DNA from: Microthyrium microscopicum
Taxonomy: Eukaryota
DNA: 64,000 nucleotides
NCBI GenBank assembly: GCA_010405405.1
Contig: MU004230.1
Span: forward strand, 4,234,282 to 4,298,281
Direction of reading: 5' to 3'
How positions within the stretch are numbered: position 1 is the stretch's first letter; each line of letters begins with the position of its first letter. Below, one piece after another: positions 37,773 to 49,563 of this stretch. Under the pieces are notes generated by a model. That model had not been told where the DNA came from. It did not search any database and saw nothing but the letters and a program-made list of their open reading frames with translations. Position numbers and translations under genes: made by a program.

Positions 37773-39397
37773 GATGCCGTTTTCAAGGAGGAGTTACGCT
37801 CAGCAAACGAAGCAACGAGTAGAATGACAAAGGAGAAGAAGAGTGCCAAAATGATACCAGGGATATCACTTGTCTGGCGGTGTGGAAGGCATGCAGCAAG
37901 GGTTGCAGACAGCAGGTTGTCAACAATTTGAATGGTCGCGCTACCCCGCGAGAGACGCCACTAGGCTCGTTAAAACACGCTAGCTTTAGCTTGCCCCTCC
38001 CCTTTAATTCTACGACCCCGCGTGTTGTTCAACTTCATGTCCGCTTGGAAGGTTGAGCCTCATCGTATTTATTCAATCTAAGAGCTCTCTAAGCTTCCTG
38101 TTAGAAAGGTAAAGCTGGATAGTAGATATGGGCCATCTTTCAGTATGCATTTATTGCCATGACTTCTTCAACTTCCTTTGAACTCGCGAGTAACTGCTCT
38201 GGAACCCTCTAGTCATCGCAAGTGATATTACAATCGACCTCTCGAGCTTTTGAAAAGAAACCTAAACTAGTGGCACATATTCGATTCTCGAAACAAGGAT
38301 AGAGGCAAATGGCAAGAGCTTGGAACAATGGCAATATCAAGTATAGTACACCCGGCATTGCTTCGAGGAACACCCTACAGTAGGTGCCATGGGAACACTG
38401 GACGATTGCTCAGCAATTATGGACAGCTACATCTTATGAGATCATACACTTGATTGGAAATCATCTTTTCTAGAGTCTGAGCAGTTGTGGTCATCCATAT
38501 GCAGAGCACCCTTCAAATCATCCACCCTCTCACGTACACGCCATGGGAAATACCAGCCACTCCGAAGCTGAGCCTCGTGTGTTTCATACGGAATTCGACA
38601 AGCTACATGTGTTTGTTCTCTCATATAAGACATATTACTTCCTTTAGGCTCTTCTAGAAGACTCGCTATGTGGTGCGAGCGAGAATTCGTGGACGAGGCA
38701 ACCAGCCAACCTCCCATGTCCAGTTCAGTCCCAAGGTGGAATAGGTCCCAACTGGTATTCCTCGGAGCTTGTAGTGACAAGAGCAGTAACAGCATATCCA
38801 TGCGTAGGCAAGCACCCTGAAAGGGTCTTTCTGGCAGAACCTCTATATCAGATCTGTCACCAGAAACGATGGCGCGACGACATCCCAATTTGGTGATAGT
38901 CTTGCCATGGGATCTCTTGTTGAAAGGCAGGCACTATATACATTTCCTATCTAAACACCTCCTGGCTTTGCTCGATTGGACGATTTATCGTCGGTTTTGC
39001 GTTGAAAGCACCTCGACCTAGGCAGCATTTCAGAAGGTGGCTCCTCGGGTGACCACGCTCCTGCTTCTATTGTTTATGGTCAACCTCAAATATAGCTAAG
39101 TTTAAGCAACCTCGGATTTCACTGCTACTGTTGACAGTCACTCAATGTTGATTCCTCGTCCCCTCGATTCCCTTAAAACCCAACGTCCGAGTCTTGTTGT
39201 TGTTCCTCTTCCTCCTCTTTCCACCAGACCCGTTCCCAGAACCATCGAATTTCCAAGCCTTGTCAGCTCTCTCATAATAAGTTCCTCTGCTATCACAACT
39301 CTCTTGTCTAGTCAGAACACTCCATTCATCAAATCATTCAATCACGTTCCACTTCCCTTTCAATCAATCTCCAACCTCACCCCACTTCCCATTCACG

Positions 39398-41551
39398 ATG
39401 TCCTCCTCTTTCGATTTCAGTACTCAGGGCGCCTCTGCCCGTGTTTACTCTTTTGGCTCCAGCGTTCAACGCGAGTCCACTCCAACCTTCGCCTTCGGCT
39501 CCAGCAGCCCACAACGTAAGTCCTTCCCAATAGAGTCCTTATCACCAACAGCCAGCTCACACAATACAGCAACCACTCCTTCCGTCTTCGCTTTCGGATC
39601 CGGCAGCCAAGCTGCGGTCCAGATGCCCTCACCACCTGCTCGAACAATTTTGACTCCCCGCAAAGTCTCTCGCGGCTTCCCTGAAGCCTCTGCCAATTCT
39701 CCCAAAACACCTCAACATTCGCCAAAGGCAGCTACTCGTCCTGGTGTCTACCGCCACCCAATTGCCCTATACCAACACGATGGAGCTACCTCACCAATCA
39801 AGGAGGCCGCTCCCCAGGTGCGCATTGTCTCCAAAAGCACCGATACGTCAACCGATTCTCGAGTCCCAAGTGGCTCGTCCTATCGCACTGCGACTTCCAA
39901 TGGAAGCCGTTCAACACCGGAGGCCCCAGAGCCTGCCGTACCAAAGAAAATAAGTCGCCAAGAAGAGCGAGCTGCGGCGCGCCTCGAACGAAAACAGAAA
40001 GGCATTACAATATCTAAAAAGGAAATCGCACAGCTTCGACGTGCGGCCGAGGCTGAGCTTGCCAAAGTGCCAAAGCTGGCACAACCAACTTCAAAATCCA
40101 AACGCCAGAAAGCCAAGGTTGAGAAGGAGAAGGTTGAACCTGAGCACGGCGCGGACAAGACAGCAGTTGCTGTGGCAACTCCCCTTCCTGCAACCGCCAT
40201 CGAACAGTCCCCCTCCCCACTACTTGAGGAGAAACTGGGCCTTCAACAATTAGACCTCATTGAAGAAGAGCTCAGCGATGTGGTCGCAGATGCGGTTCAG
40301 GAAAAGTTGCCTACTGATCAAGCCAAGGAAGATGTCCTTCTCGAACAGCCAGGCTCGAAAGAAGAGCAGCTACAGTTGGATGTAGCTACTGAAGACATTG
40401 AAGCAGTAGCTGAAGAGCCGCACACCATTGAACAAGCTCAGGCTACTGAAGATTCTCAAGTCGCTGAAGAAGCACCAAATGACCAGAAAGTGGCCAAGTC
40501 GTTGAACCAAATTCACTGTGGCCCAGAACTAGAAGCTCTCATTAGACAGCGCATCAAGCAAGCTTCGTGGGATCCAGCAGTACTTGAGAAGGAACGCCTT
40601 GAGCGAGTTCAGGCCGAGAAACAAGCAGTGGTCGATGCATGGAAGCTCAAGCGAGCAGCTCGCATTGCAAAAGAGGCTGCCCTGGTCGCTGACAACACCA
40701 AGTCAACGACCGAAGTCGATGTGGTCTCTGATGATGTCAATCGGTCGATCGAAATTGAAGAGCCAGTCCTCGAAACGGAACAGCTCTATGTTGTCGCGGC
40801 TGGGCCAGCCGCTGAAGGCCAAGAGCCAGCCGTCAACATCATTGAGCCTAGATATGAGGAAACTACTGCTTCAACTGAAGAACCACCAAGTAGCACAGAT
40901 GAGACAGCAGCTGAGGTTCAACACTCAGCCACCGAAGCTAATAGGACTGAGGTTGAAGTCGATCGACCAATGAGCCCTATGCATTGGGCATTTTGTCCTG
41001 GATGCGAAAAATGCTGCGGCGATACGCAATCCACCATTAGCACCGCGGACGATGTCGGCGATCTTGAAGATTGTACACGAGTGCCCAAGCACTCGGAGAC
41101 ACCACCCGCTGAAGAGAATACGCAGGAAGCGGACGAGTCGTCCTCTGCAGGTCCAGAAGTGGAAGAGCTTGCAGAGGTCATTGCAGACATTCCTATAGTC
41201 CGAGGACGTGAGAAGGTCAAGAAGATTTTTAAGAAGGCTTTCGGGAAGATCTCAAGAACCCGAATCATTGATGAATCGGCCGGTGCCGCTCCAGATGCTC
41301 TCGGCGTGCGACGACGCGACAAAGTTAAGAAGGTCTTCACAAAGGCATTCAAGGCAGCGTCTGGCGTCCTAAAACAACGCGATCCCGTCGACGTCTGCTA
41401 CGCTTCAGCAGACTCCCAGGTCAAGAGTCTCTGGGCGTCGACAAACCACAAAGACTCTCGCCATAAGCAAAAGTCGCCACGCGACTCAATCGATGTCCCC
41501 GGCCCAGATCTTGACTTTGCGAGTCTATATTGGAGCATAGGCATTATTTGA
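39398..41551 (+). CDS. Hypothetical low-complexity protein (Ser-rich N-terminus with FxFG motifs, basic and acidic tracts)
   Basis: 717-aa intronless ORF with coding-like composition; no family recognised. Confidence 0.65.
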   Translation: MSSSFDFSTQGASARVYSFGSSVQRESTPTFAFGSSSPQRKSFPIESLSPTASSHNTATTPSVFAFGSGSQAAVQMPSPPARTILTPRKVSRGFPEASANSPKTPQHSPKAATRPGVYRHPIALYQHDGATSPIKEAAPQVRIVSKSTDTSTDSRVPSGSSYRTATSNGSRSTPEAPEPAVPKKISRQEERAAARLERKQKGITISKKEIAQLRRAAEAELAKVPKLAQPTSKSKRQKAKVEKEKVEPEHGADKTAVAVATPLPATAIEQSPSPLLEEKLGLQQLDLIEEELSDVVADAVQEKLPTDQAKEDVLLEQPGSKEEQLQLDVATEDIEAVAEEPHTIEQAQATEDSQVAEEAPNDQKVAKSLNQIHCGPELEALIRQRIKQASWDPAVLEKERLERVQAEKQAVVDAWKLKRAARIAKEAALVADNTKSTTEVDVVSDDVNRSIEIEEPVLETEQLYVVAAGPAAEGQEPAVNIIEPRYEETTASTEEPPSSTDETAAEVQHSATEANRTEVEVDRPMSPMHWAFCPGCEKCCGDTQSTISTADDVGDLEDCTRVPKHSETPPAEENTQEADESSSAGPEVEELAEVIADIPIVRGREKVKKIFKKAFGKISRTRIIDESAGAAPDALGVRRRDKVKKVFTKAFKAASGVLKQRDPVDVCYASADSQVKSLWASTNHKDSRHKQKSPRDSIDVPGPDLDFASLYWSIGII

Positions 41552-41805
41552 GCTAATTCCAGCCTCACGGAGAGTCAGAGCTTGGGAAATAAGAAAATTG
41601 AAAAGGCCAAGAAAACACCCCAGAGCCTTATAATGGCATGAAAACAAACGCAAGCACCGAACTTCATTGCCCTCCCACGACATTTCAGCTCTTGGTTATG
41701 CATTTACCCAGGGATTGCCTGGAGGTGTGCAAGTTATCGGAGAGCTTACGGCATAGACAGAAACATCACAGTGCCTGGACAGGAAAGAACCCAAAAGGAA
41801 ATGTC

Positions 41806-42011
41806 TCGACAGAGCCGATTACGTAGAGCTTCGATACTATTCTGGTATATACCTTGGCTTGCCTAGCGGAATACAGAATGGGTTGGAAGACAAGGCGTGG
41901 AGGTACAAACTCGACTGAGCCGATTATACCGAGCTTCGATACTATTCTGGTATATACCCTGGCTTGTCTGGCGGAATACAGAATGGGTTGGAAGATAAGG
42001 CGTGGAGGCAC
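41806..42011. repeat. Imperfect tandem duplication, 2 units with 105-bp period
   Basis: The unit tcgacNgagccgatta..gagcttcgatactattctggtatatacc..gcggaatacagaatgggttggaaga..aaggcgtggagg starts at 41806 and again at 41911. Confidence 0.95.
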
Positions 42012-42171
42012 GGTTGTTGACGTCGACTTGAGGGTTTCGGAGAAGTCATAAACAGATGGGGATCAAGTCAGGTAGTATAGATTTATTGAATATGATATAA
42101 TATCATGGATATACGTATAGATGACTCCAAAGTGAGACGCTGCCTTTATGAAAAGCTCATATCTACAGTTG

Positions 42172-43431
42172 TTACTTTATTATTATTTCCTTCATGACTT
42201 CTTGTAATCTTCTGATGGCTTCATCAGAGATCTGATAGTGAATCACGAATCTCCCACCAGAAACACGAATACTGTGCTTCTCCGCAGTTGAGATCAGCGT
42301 CTGCGTAGGTATTTCCATGCTTTCAATATCGATCCAGACCATATTAGTTTCCACGGCTTCTTTCAACTTGCCGCCTAAGCCCTCCCAATATTCGCCTAGC
42401 TTTTGAGCTTTCTCATGTCCAGCCTTGAGCTGGCCTCCCAGGAAAGTCTCTTCCACAGCGACCCTAGCAGCAGAAGAAACGACACCAGCTTGACGAAGAC
42501 CGCCTCCAAACATCTTCCTTACCCACCGAGCCCTTTTAATAAATGCTCGATTTCCAACAAGGACGCTGCCAATTGGCGCACCTAGTCCTTTACTGAAGCA
42601 TAACGACATGCTATTGAAGCACGCAGCATAGTCCAATAGAGACCCTGCTCCTGCCGCCACAGCTTCCCACAGTCGAGCACCATCAAGGTGCACGATGATT
42701 TCATGCTCTCGTGCCCACTTGCTGATGCGCCGACATTCGTCTAGTGGAATGACAGTGCCGTTGATCGTGTTCTCCAGGCTGATGACTTTCGTTGGACATC
42801 CATGGACATCGTCATCTAATACAGCGTTGGCCTGTATATCTTCCAGCGTTAAGTGATGCCCATTCTTAGGCACGAGTGTCTTGATGTATGCACCGCAAAG
42901 ACTGGCCGCGCCACCAGCTTCGTATAATGCCACGTGAGCTCTATGATCACATATAATGCTGTGAGGAGGTGCGCCTAAATGAGTTCGCATAGCGACTTGA
43001 TTTCCCATGGTTCCAGATAGGACGAAGAGCGACGCTTCATGATTGGTGATTTTGGCGATGAAGGCTTCCAGTTCTTGTGTTGTTGTATCTTCTTGGTAAA
43101 CATCATCCAGTAGCGTGGTCTGTTGAATTGCTTGGAGCATGCTTAGAGTCGGTGTGGTGACTACATCGGATCGAAAGTCGAATTCTGCAGCGCCGGGTTT
43201 GCCCCATGCACCGTGGACTTCACCCATTGCTTTGATCGTTGTAGGAAATTTGCGCTTCTGAATATGTTGTTTAGAGTTTACTTCATTCCATGGGTGACCT
43301 GTTCCTAATATTGTTGAAAGCTTCCTAAACTTCTCTGTTCTTGGCGGTGCTTTGATCTGAGACGAGCGGAGATAACGAGCACTATGGCAGCGAGCCAATC
43401 CTCTCAATGGAACTGCACTGGTTAGACTCAT
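42172..43431 (-). CDS. GLY1: Low-specificity L-threonine aldolase
   Basis: FDFRSDVVTTP, SGTMGNQ, ISLENT, HLDGARLW, LCFSKGLGAPIGS (PLP lysine), GGGLRQAG. First ATG 43431; second ATG 43227. Confidence 0.93.
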   Translation of the reverse strand: MSLTSAVPLRGLARCHSARYLRSSQIKAPPRTEKFRKLSTILGTGHPWNEVNSKQHIQKRKFPTTIKAMGEVHGAWGKPGAAEFDFRSDVVTTPTLSMLQAIQQTTLLDDVYQEDTTTQELEAFIAKITNHEASLFVLSGTMGNQVAMRTHLGAPPHSIICDHRAHVALYEAGGAASLCGAYIKTLVPKNGHHLTLEDIQANAVLDDDVHGCPTKVISLENTINGTVIPLDECRRISKWAREHEIIVHLDGARLWEAVAAGAGSLLDYAACFNSMSLCFSKGLGAPIGSVLVGNRAFIKRARWVRKMFGGGLRQAGVVSSAARVAVEETFLGGQLKAGHEKAQKLGEYWEGLGGKLKEAVETNMVWIDIESMEIPTQTLISTAEKHSIRVSGGRFVIHYQISDEAIRRLQEVMKEIIIK

Positions 43432-44534
43432 TAGACGCTGCAAAATGATACACGATTGACTATAACTTCTGATTGCTCGCGGGGCGATATATCCACTATT
43501 GCGATGTCGGTTTGGTAGCGTGGTTCTGATTCGTGCATGGGCAAACTTGGGGAGTGTCTCAGCCTTGCATTCAGCCTCATAGTATCCTACTACACTCCAA
43601 GATTTGCCAGCTCACAGAGCTGTATGAGAAAACACCTTAAACTGCGGTTCTCGGGAGAATCGACGTTTCTTACTACGGCCGCAATCCAACTCATCACTTT
43701 TGGGCTTGGTGACCTCATTATCCAATGGTTTCGAGCCTTATTTGGCCTGCGACTGCCTTCAGGAAGATGCTGTACATGTTAAGCTCAAGTTTTACGTTTA
43801 ATTATTACAAGAAAAAGCTTCGCTCCACAGATAGCGTATCGATTTTTGAGAATCGGCGTGTTTTATAGTGTTGGCGAGTGCTTTGCTGGAGCCTCGGATA
43901 TGCATTTGCTCCGCATACTGGTATGGAAACCAGTATATTTGTTCCTGCTAAGTAGGTATTTTTGGCTAAATGTGCCCGCCAAGTTCATATTATACTTCTA
44001 CTTTTAAATTGAGTTGAGTTCCATAAAAATCATGATATCCTCAACTTGATTCAATTGGTCAGACAAAGGATGCAGCCGAGTGCGGAAGCGGTACCGATAG
44101 CCGAGCACGTGCTTGCATTTATACGCTGGGGTCTGTCGCTTTCAGGATCATTTGCAAATTTACCTGCTTAGCAAGCGCCTGTTTGTAATGCTAGGCTCCC
44201 AGACTTCTTATTTAAGATTAGCGCGTGCTAAATAATCAAACGTACAAGTTTAGCTTTTCAACCATGGTTGGGCTTTAAACAACTCCTCTGTCCTTCCTAC
44301 ATCCTTCTTTCTTACTTCAAAGGAATATTCCATCAACTTAACATCCAATCCCACTGTGTGACTGTCTCACCTGTCACCTTTTTGCCTACAAACACACTTC
44401 TCTGGCAAATTAAAAGCATCTACACCGTCTGACCATCCACAACACAACCGCCATTACCCGTACAAACACTTCCATTACAACACCACCACCTAGACAACGA
44501 CCCAAGAAGCTCAGTCTCCAAGGACTCATTGTAT

Positions 44535-44642
44535 ATGTATTCGCGCCACGGACACGCTTCCCGACACGACCTGCCGCCAGAGCTGCATCCATTTCGCATA
44601 GTGCGGAGACCTTTGCCTGATCACTCTCACCAAAACGGTTAA
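44535..44642 (+). promoter_or_regulatory. eIF5 leader uORF1 (35 codons, poor AUG context)
   Basis: TAT-ATG-T with -3 T and +4 T; MYSRHGH..QNG, ending TAA at 44642. Confidence 0.6.
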
Positions 44643-44743
44643 TACCACTACATACAAGCCAAACGCAAAACTGGAGTCCCACACTCTCCCCATAATCTCA
44701 ACGACCACTCTTTCAGGGTCCCTTCGTCAAGACTGCATACTGC

Positions 44744-44806
44744 ATGTCTTGTAAAAATTCCTCGCCGAATCTCCTCTCTTCCACCGCTCTCCCGCGCCAC
44801 TCCTAG
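44744..44806 (+). promoter_or_regulatory. eIF5 leader uORF2 (20 codons, poor AUG context)
   Basis: TGC-ATG-T with -3 T and +4 T; MSCKNSS..PRHS, ending TAG at 44806, 47 nt before the main ATG. Confidence 0.7.
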
Positions 44807-44853
44807 ATCTAGCCCAACTAGCCTACTCAAAAGCAAAATAATATCTCGCAATC

Positions 44854-46162
44854 ATGGCTACTGTCAATATTCGTCGGGATGTCGCCGATCCCTTCTATCG
44901 CTACAAGATGGAACGCCTTGTCTCCAAGATTGAAGGCAAGGGTAACGGTATCAAAACCGTCATTGCCAATCTGAGCAGCGTGGCCCAGTCTTTGGCCCGC
45001 CCTCCTGCCTGTAAGTTATTTCACTTTTCGCACATACTTCCCATTGCTAACTTTCATAGACGTCATCAAGTACTTTGGCTTTGAGCTTGGTGCTCAGACC
45101 AATACCAATCCTGCGGATGATCGCTGGATCATCAACGGTGCCCACGAGGCCAGCAAGCTCCAAGACTATCTCGACGGATTCATCTCCAAGTTCGTTCTCT
45201 GCAAGAAATGCAAGAACCCCGAGACCGATGTTCATGTTAAGGATGGTCTGATCTATCTCGATTGCAAAGCCTGTGGTCAACGCTCTGATGTTGACCTTCG
45301 CCTCAAGCTTTCCTCCTTTATTCTCAAGAATCAGCCCAAGAAAGGCAAGAAGGACAAGGCGACCAAAAAGGCCGACCGCAAGGCACGCAAGGAGGCCGAA
45401 GCTCAGAACCACGAGAACGGTAGCAACAACGGCAGCCCACTGGACAGCAATTCCGATCACGGCGATGAAAACGATGACGGCGAGCTTGGCGCCGGTAGCG
45501 ACGACGAACTGACTCGACGAATCAATGAGCAGGCCAAGGACATTGCTGCTGAGCCAAAAGAAATTGAGTGGTCCGTTGACACTTCCGAGGCCGCTGTCAA
45601 GGCTCGCGCCAAAGATCTCCCAGATGATCTCAAGCGTGCCCTCGTGATCAACGGCGACGAAGAAGATGATGAAGGCGACAATGTCTACGATCAGTTCGGC
45701 AGCTGGATCATTTCATCCGCTGAAGAGAAGGGAGACGTCAATAAGGTTGACAATGTCGACATTTACCTCAAGGCCAAAGAATTGGGTATTGAGAGCAAGC
45801 ATCGTACTTTGACCGTCTTGGCTCAAACTCTCTTCACCGAGAACATCGTCAAGGAAATTGACGCTCGTGCTGCTATGCTCAAGCGCATGACTACTTCCGA
45901 ACGTCACGAAAAGGCCCTGTTGGGCGGAACCGAGCGCTTCGTTGGAAAAGAAAAGCCAAAGCTGATTCCTCAAGTCTCCGCCATCCTCATCCAGTACTAC
46001 AACAACGATCTGGTTTCTGAAGAGGTCGCCCAGGGATGGGGAACCAAGGCCAGCAAGAAGTACGTTGACCTATCCACCAGCAAGAAGGTCCGCAAGAGCG
46101 CCGAGCAGTTTCTCAAGTGGCTTGAGGAGGCCGAAGAGGAGGATGACTCTGATGATGAGTAG
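44854..46162 (+). CDS. TIF5: Eukaryotic translation initiation factor 5
   Basis: DPFYRYKMERLVSKIEGKGNGIKT, intron 45011-45059, FVLCKKCKNPET..CKACG zinc finger, and W2 domain ending FLKWLEEAEEEDD. Confidence 0.97.
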
Positions 46163-46475
46163 AATCTTGGTAACCTAGGATTTTCTCACTTTGCATCAAG
46201 CCACATACGAAAAAATCGAAATTGTTCTATGGTATTATGGCCTGACTTTCATTCGACCATTCGGGTTGTTTGGATTGGACGGTAGAAGAAGGATAATACG
46301 GTCGTTTTGTTAGAATATGCCGTTCAAGTTTGTATCTCATCCTATGCGTTAATCTCCCCTTTGCTCTCCCCATGTTCCGAACATGCTCACTCCCCCTAGT
46401 AGTTGCTATGCTTCAATGAACTCATCTCTTCCCAATATTTTCTCCATTAGTATCCCCGTGAACAAACTGTCGACT

Positions 46476-48327
46476 CTATTGACCGAATGATGACGGGGCC
46501 TCGAGTTGTGATGGTGGTGCTGATAATTCCGACGACGATGGAGGATTCGCCATGACGACTTCGGACTTGACTCGAACACTCCCTGGCCGAGGTGATGATG
46601 ATATTATGATGACTTCTGGCTCGAGACGTTCTCTTTTCGGCCGCTTTTCTGCTGAGCTGGATATGACTATTACCTCTGGTTCGGCTTTCTGCCGTTTTGG
46701 TTGCTCTAAAGGGCTGGATACCACTATGGTCTCTTGATGGGTTATCTCGCTATCTGAATGCATCCATAAGCATACTGGACATATCCATAAATAGTAAGCC
46801 TAACCTTGCAACAACTCCAAGTATACAATGACACGCTCCTGGCTTCTAAGCAGCTCGTCTCTCGCATTATCGTCAAGTCTCTTGCTCTCTCCCTTGACTC
46901 CCTTTTTGGCGTAGAAACTCAGTTGTGTGAGCCGTGCATGCATGCCCTTTTTCGTCATCTCCATTAAGTTGTATGAATAGGTTAATCGCTTGTCATCAAT
47001 CATATCTACAATCAGATATTCAACGAGCAAGTTCATCTTCACTTGGTCCATCACGTTGGCAGTATTGGCTGCATAAGCCAGGAAGTGCTTGCGGATCGTA
47101 GCCTCGTCGATGTTGAGAATATCAATCTTCTTCGGTATTGACGGCAAAAATGGAAGGAGCGTGTTTGCGAACAGTGCTATGCGGATGTCGATTGGCACTT
47201 TGAGTCCTCGTAATATCTGCCGAAAGTCATCTAGTGGGAGCGCCCTGATGCATTCTGTGAGCACATCGAGCAGCTCTTCCAGCTCCGCTAGGGGGTTATC
47301 GGGAATGGTAGAGAAGTGAAGCAGAGTTGACACGAACCGTACACGAAGAGGGGGAGCGTCCATATCGCAGGGATTGTTGCTAGTAACGGGAGCGGCATCT
47401 TCCATAACCACGTCTTCTTCGTTATCGTCATAATCGGCCCAACGATTCTCCTCGATGTTCACGACTTCCTTCTTCAGCGCGATGGACTGTTTCTGCTTGG
47501 GTTTCGTTTCGTTCTTGAAAACTTCGGGGAATTCGGCCATGGCTTTTGAACTTCCGTCTGCCATGATGGCTCTCAGAATGCGCCGCCGAGCGTGCCGGCT
47601 GCCTTCGTCGCAGCGAAGCAATGTCCATGCTGGGCCGTGCGTGGACTGTGGCTCCCCAGACTCGCACAACTTGATCTGTCTGTCAACATCTTCGTCGAGA
47701 AGATCTAGCCAGAAACTTAGAAGCAGATGCCATCGCTCCCAGCGATCTGGAAAGTTTCTCGCTGTATTGAATGCCCAGCCAACCAACTGCCAGAAGCTGT
47801 CCACTTGAGCGAATAAAGATCTTTCTTTTGCATAACTGGACACTATCTCATTCTCGCTGTCAGCACTTTCGTCTGAGTGCTTGCTCTGATAACGATTCCG
47901 CGGCTTTGTCTTTGCAAATTTGAATGCTCCAGCGAATCCAGCTGGCCCCACTGTTTGTAGAGTATACTGGAGGACCCGGAAAGCTTCATCCGCGACATCT
48001 CGTGCATCTCTGCTCTCTGCTCGACTGGTCCATCTTGGATGTATGGCAGCTGTCGCTGCAAGGTTTAGATGTGCTGGCGTTGGACAGAAAGCTGGGTTAT
48101 TTGAAGGTTCACCTGTCCCTATGGACGCTCCAGTTGCGATAATGTTTTGTAACAGTTCGAAGCCACCAAAATCTTAATGTTTTAGCATCCGACAAGAATG
48201 AGTATTATGGAACTGACAACTCACATTCGCCATATTCAAAGTTCAGTCCCACATCTTGTAGCGTGTCCTCACTCAGTGGTTTTGGTGAGCGAAAATCACA
48301 AATGTGACCACCCACTACGCTTGTCAT
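46476..48327 (-). CDS. Hypothetical helical protein with SIM-like C-terminal tail
   Basis: ATG 48327; intron 48224-48173 joins ORF 47951-46800 in frame; a probable intron 46804-46754 joins ORF 46763-46476 in frame. Confidence 0.7.
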
Positions 48328-48582
48328 GACAGCTACACACCAGGTTTCATGGATCAGACCCTGTTTGATTCTCTCCTCCAAATCAGTGCTCGAATCAAGA
48401 AGTAGAAGTCAGGCTGGGACGCGATGGAGGTTTAAGAGATCCAAACACGAAATCGCGCTCTCACGTGACTAATTACCTATCTCCAGCTTACATAATCCTC
48501 AGACTCAACCTCACTTGTATCTCCAGCTTCAAGCTCACAATACAACATACGCCAATTGCCCCCTCATATGCGGTAGATCACC

Positions 48583-49260
48583 ATGTCTATAGCTCGACGG
48601 CCAGCACTGAGCCTGGCACGGCGACTTGCCCGCCCCCAACAACGCCGATATGCCAGCCACGACTCTCATGGCCCCGGCCATGCGGAACCCGTCAACGAAT
48701 CGCTCGGCGTATGTTCAATCGGGCCTTAAACATATGCAGCAAAGACGCCATAGCTAACATGACGTTTGTAGGGTTATTTCCTAGGCACCGCTCTCTTGAT
48801 ACCCGCAGTCTATGGGCTATGGGCCCTCTCACAAACATCTGGCGACGACGAGAAACCAATCCTTACTCGGTGGATGCAAAAGTTCGATGATTGGCAGGAG
48901 GAGTACAACAGGCGTGATCAGCTGCACGCTACGTTGACACAACAGGCTGCAGATGACTATATATTGTTTGCCAATACGGGTCAGACATCGCAGCGGAGGA
49001 AGGTGCCGGTTAACAATATTGAGTACGTCACTCCGGGTAGAAAGGATTCAGGGGGTCATGACTAACAAGATTGTAATAGGAGCCTTAGCGTTTACTCGCC
49101 ACGAAATCAACAAGCTGGTTGGACCTCGATAGATTTGTCAAAGTTGATTGCCCATGTTGAGGAGGAGAGCAAGGAGCAGATTGAGAAGGATAAGGCGAGA
49201 TATCAAAAGCGAGTTGCTGATGGATTTTACAGCAATGAGTGGTATGAGCCAAAGCAATAA
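48583..49260 (+). CDS. NADH:ubiquinone oxidoreductase 17.8 kDa accessory subunit (fungal)
   Basis: Mitochondrial presequence MSIARRPALSLARRLARPQQRRYA, His-rich HDSHGPGHAEPVNESLG, TM, PILTRWM..HATLTQQAADDYILF, SPRNQQAG; introns 48709-48771 and 49023-49079. Confidence 0.8.
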
Positions 49261-49563
49261 ATTCAAGTGCCAAATTACTTCCGTCATTGATGTCTATTGA
49301 AAGCAAATGCATATTATATCCTACTGCCGACGTGCTCATGTTGACTCTCAAATTTCAAAATGAACTGAAGACTGTTATCAATAGACACAGAACAGGCTGC
49401 TTTCAGCCTTACATTATCAATTGCTACATACTCTTGTCCTTCCCATTCCTACCATATTTCACAATTTATATTACAATAAACGACCAGAACCACCATGCTA
49501 ATCCCATGAAGGACAGACAGAGAGACGTACTTTTCAAATCATGACCAAAAATCATATACCATT

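Noticed and set aside
38442..38888. 148-aa TTG-started ORF upstream of tubulin
   Set aside because: No recognisable motif or convincing exon structure; it may be a gene relic but I cannot support it.
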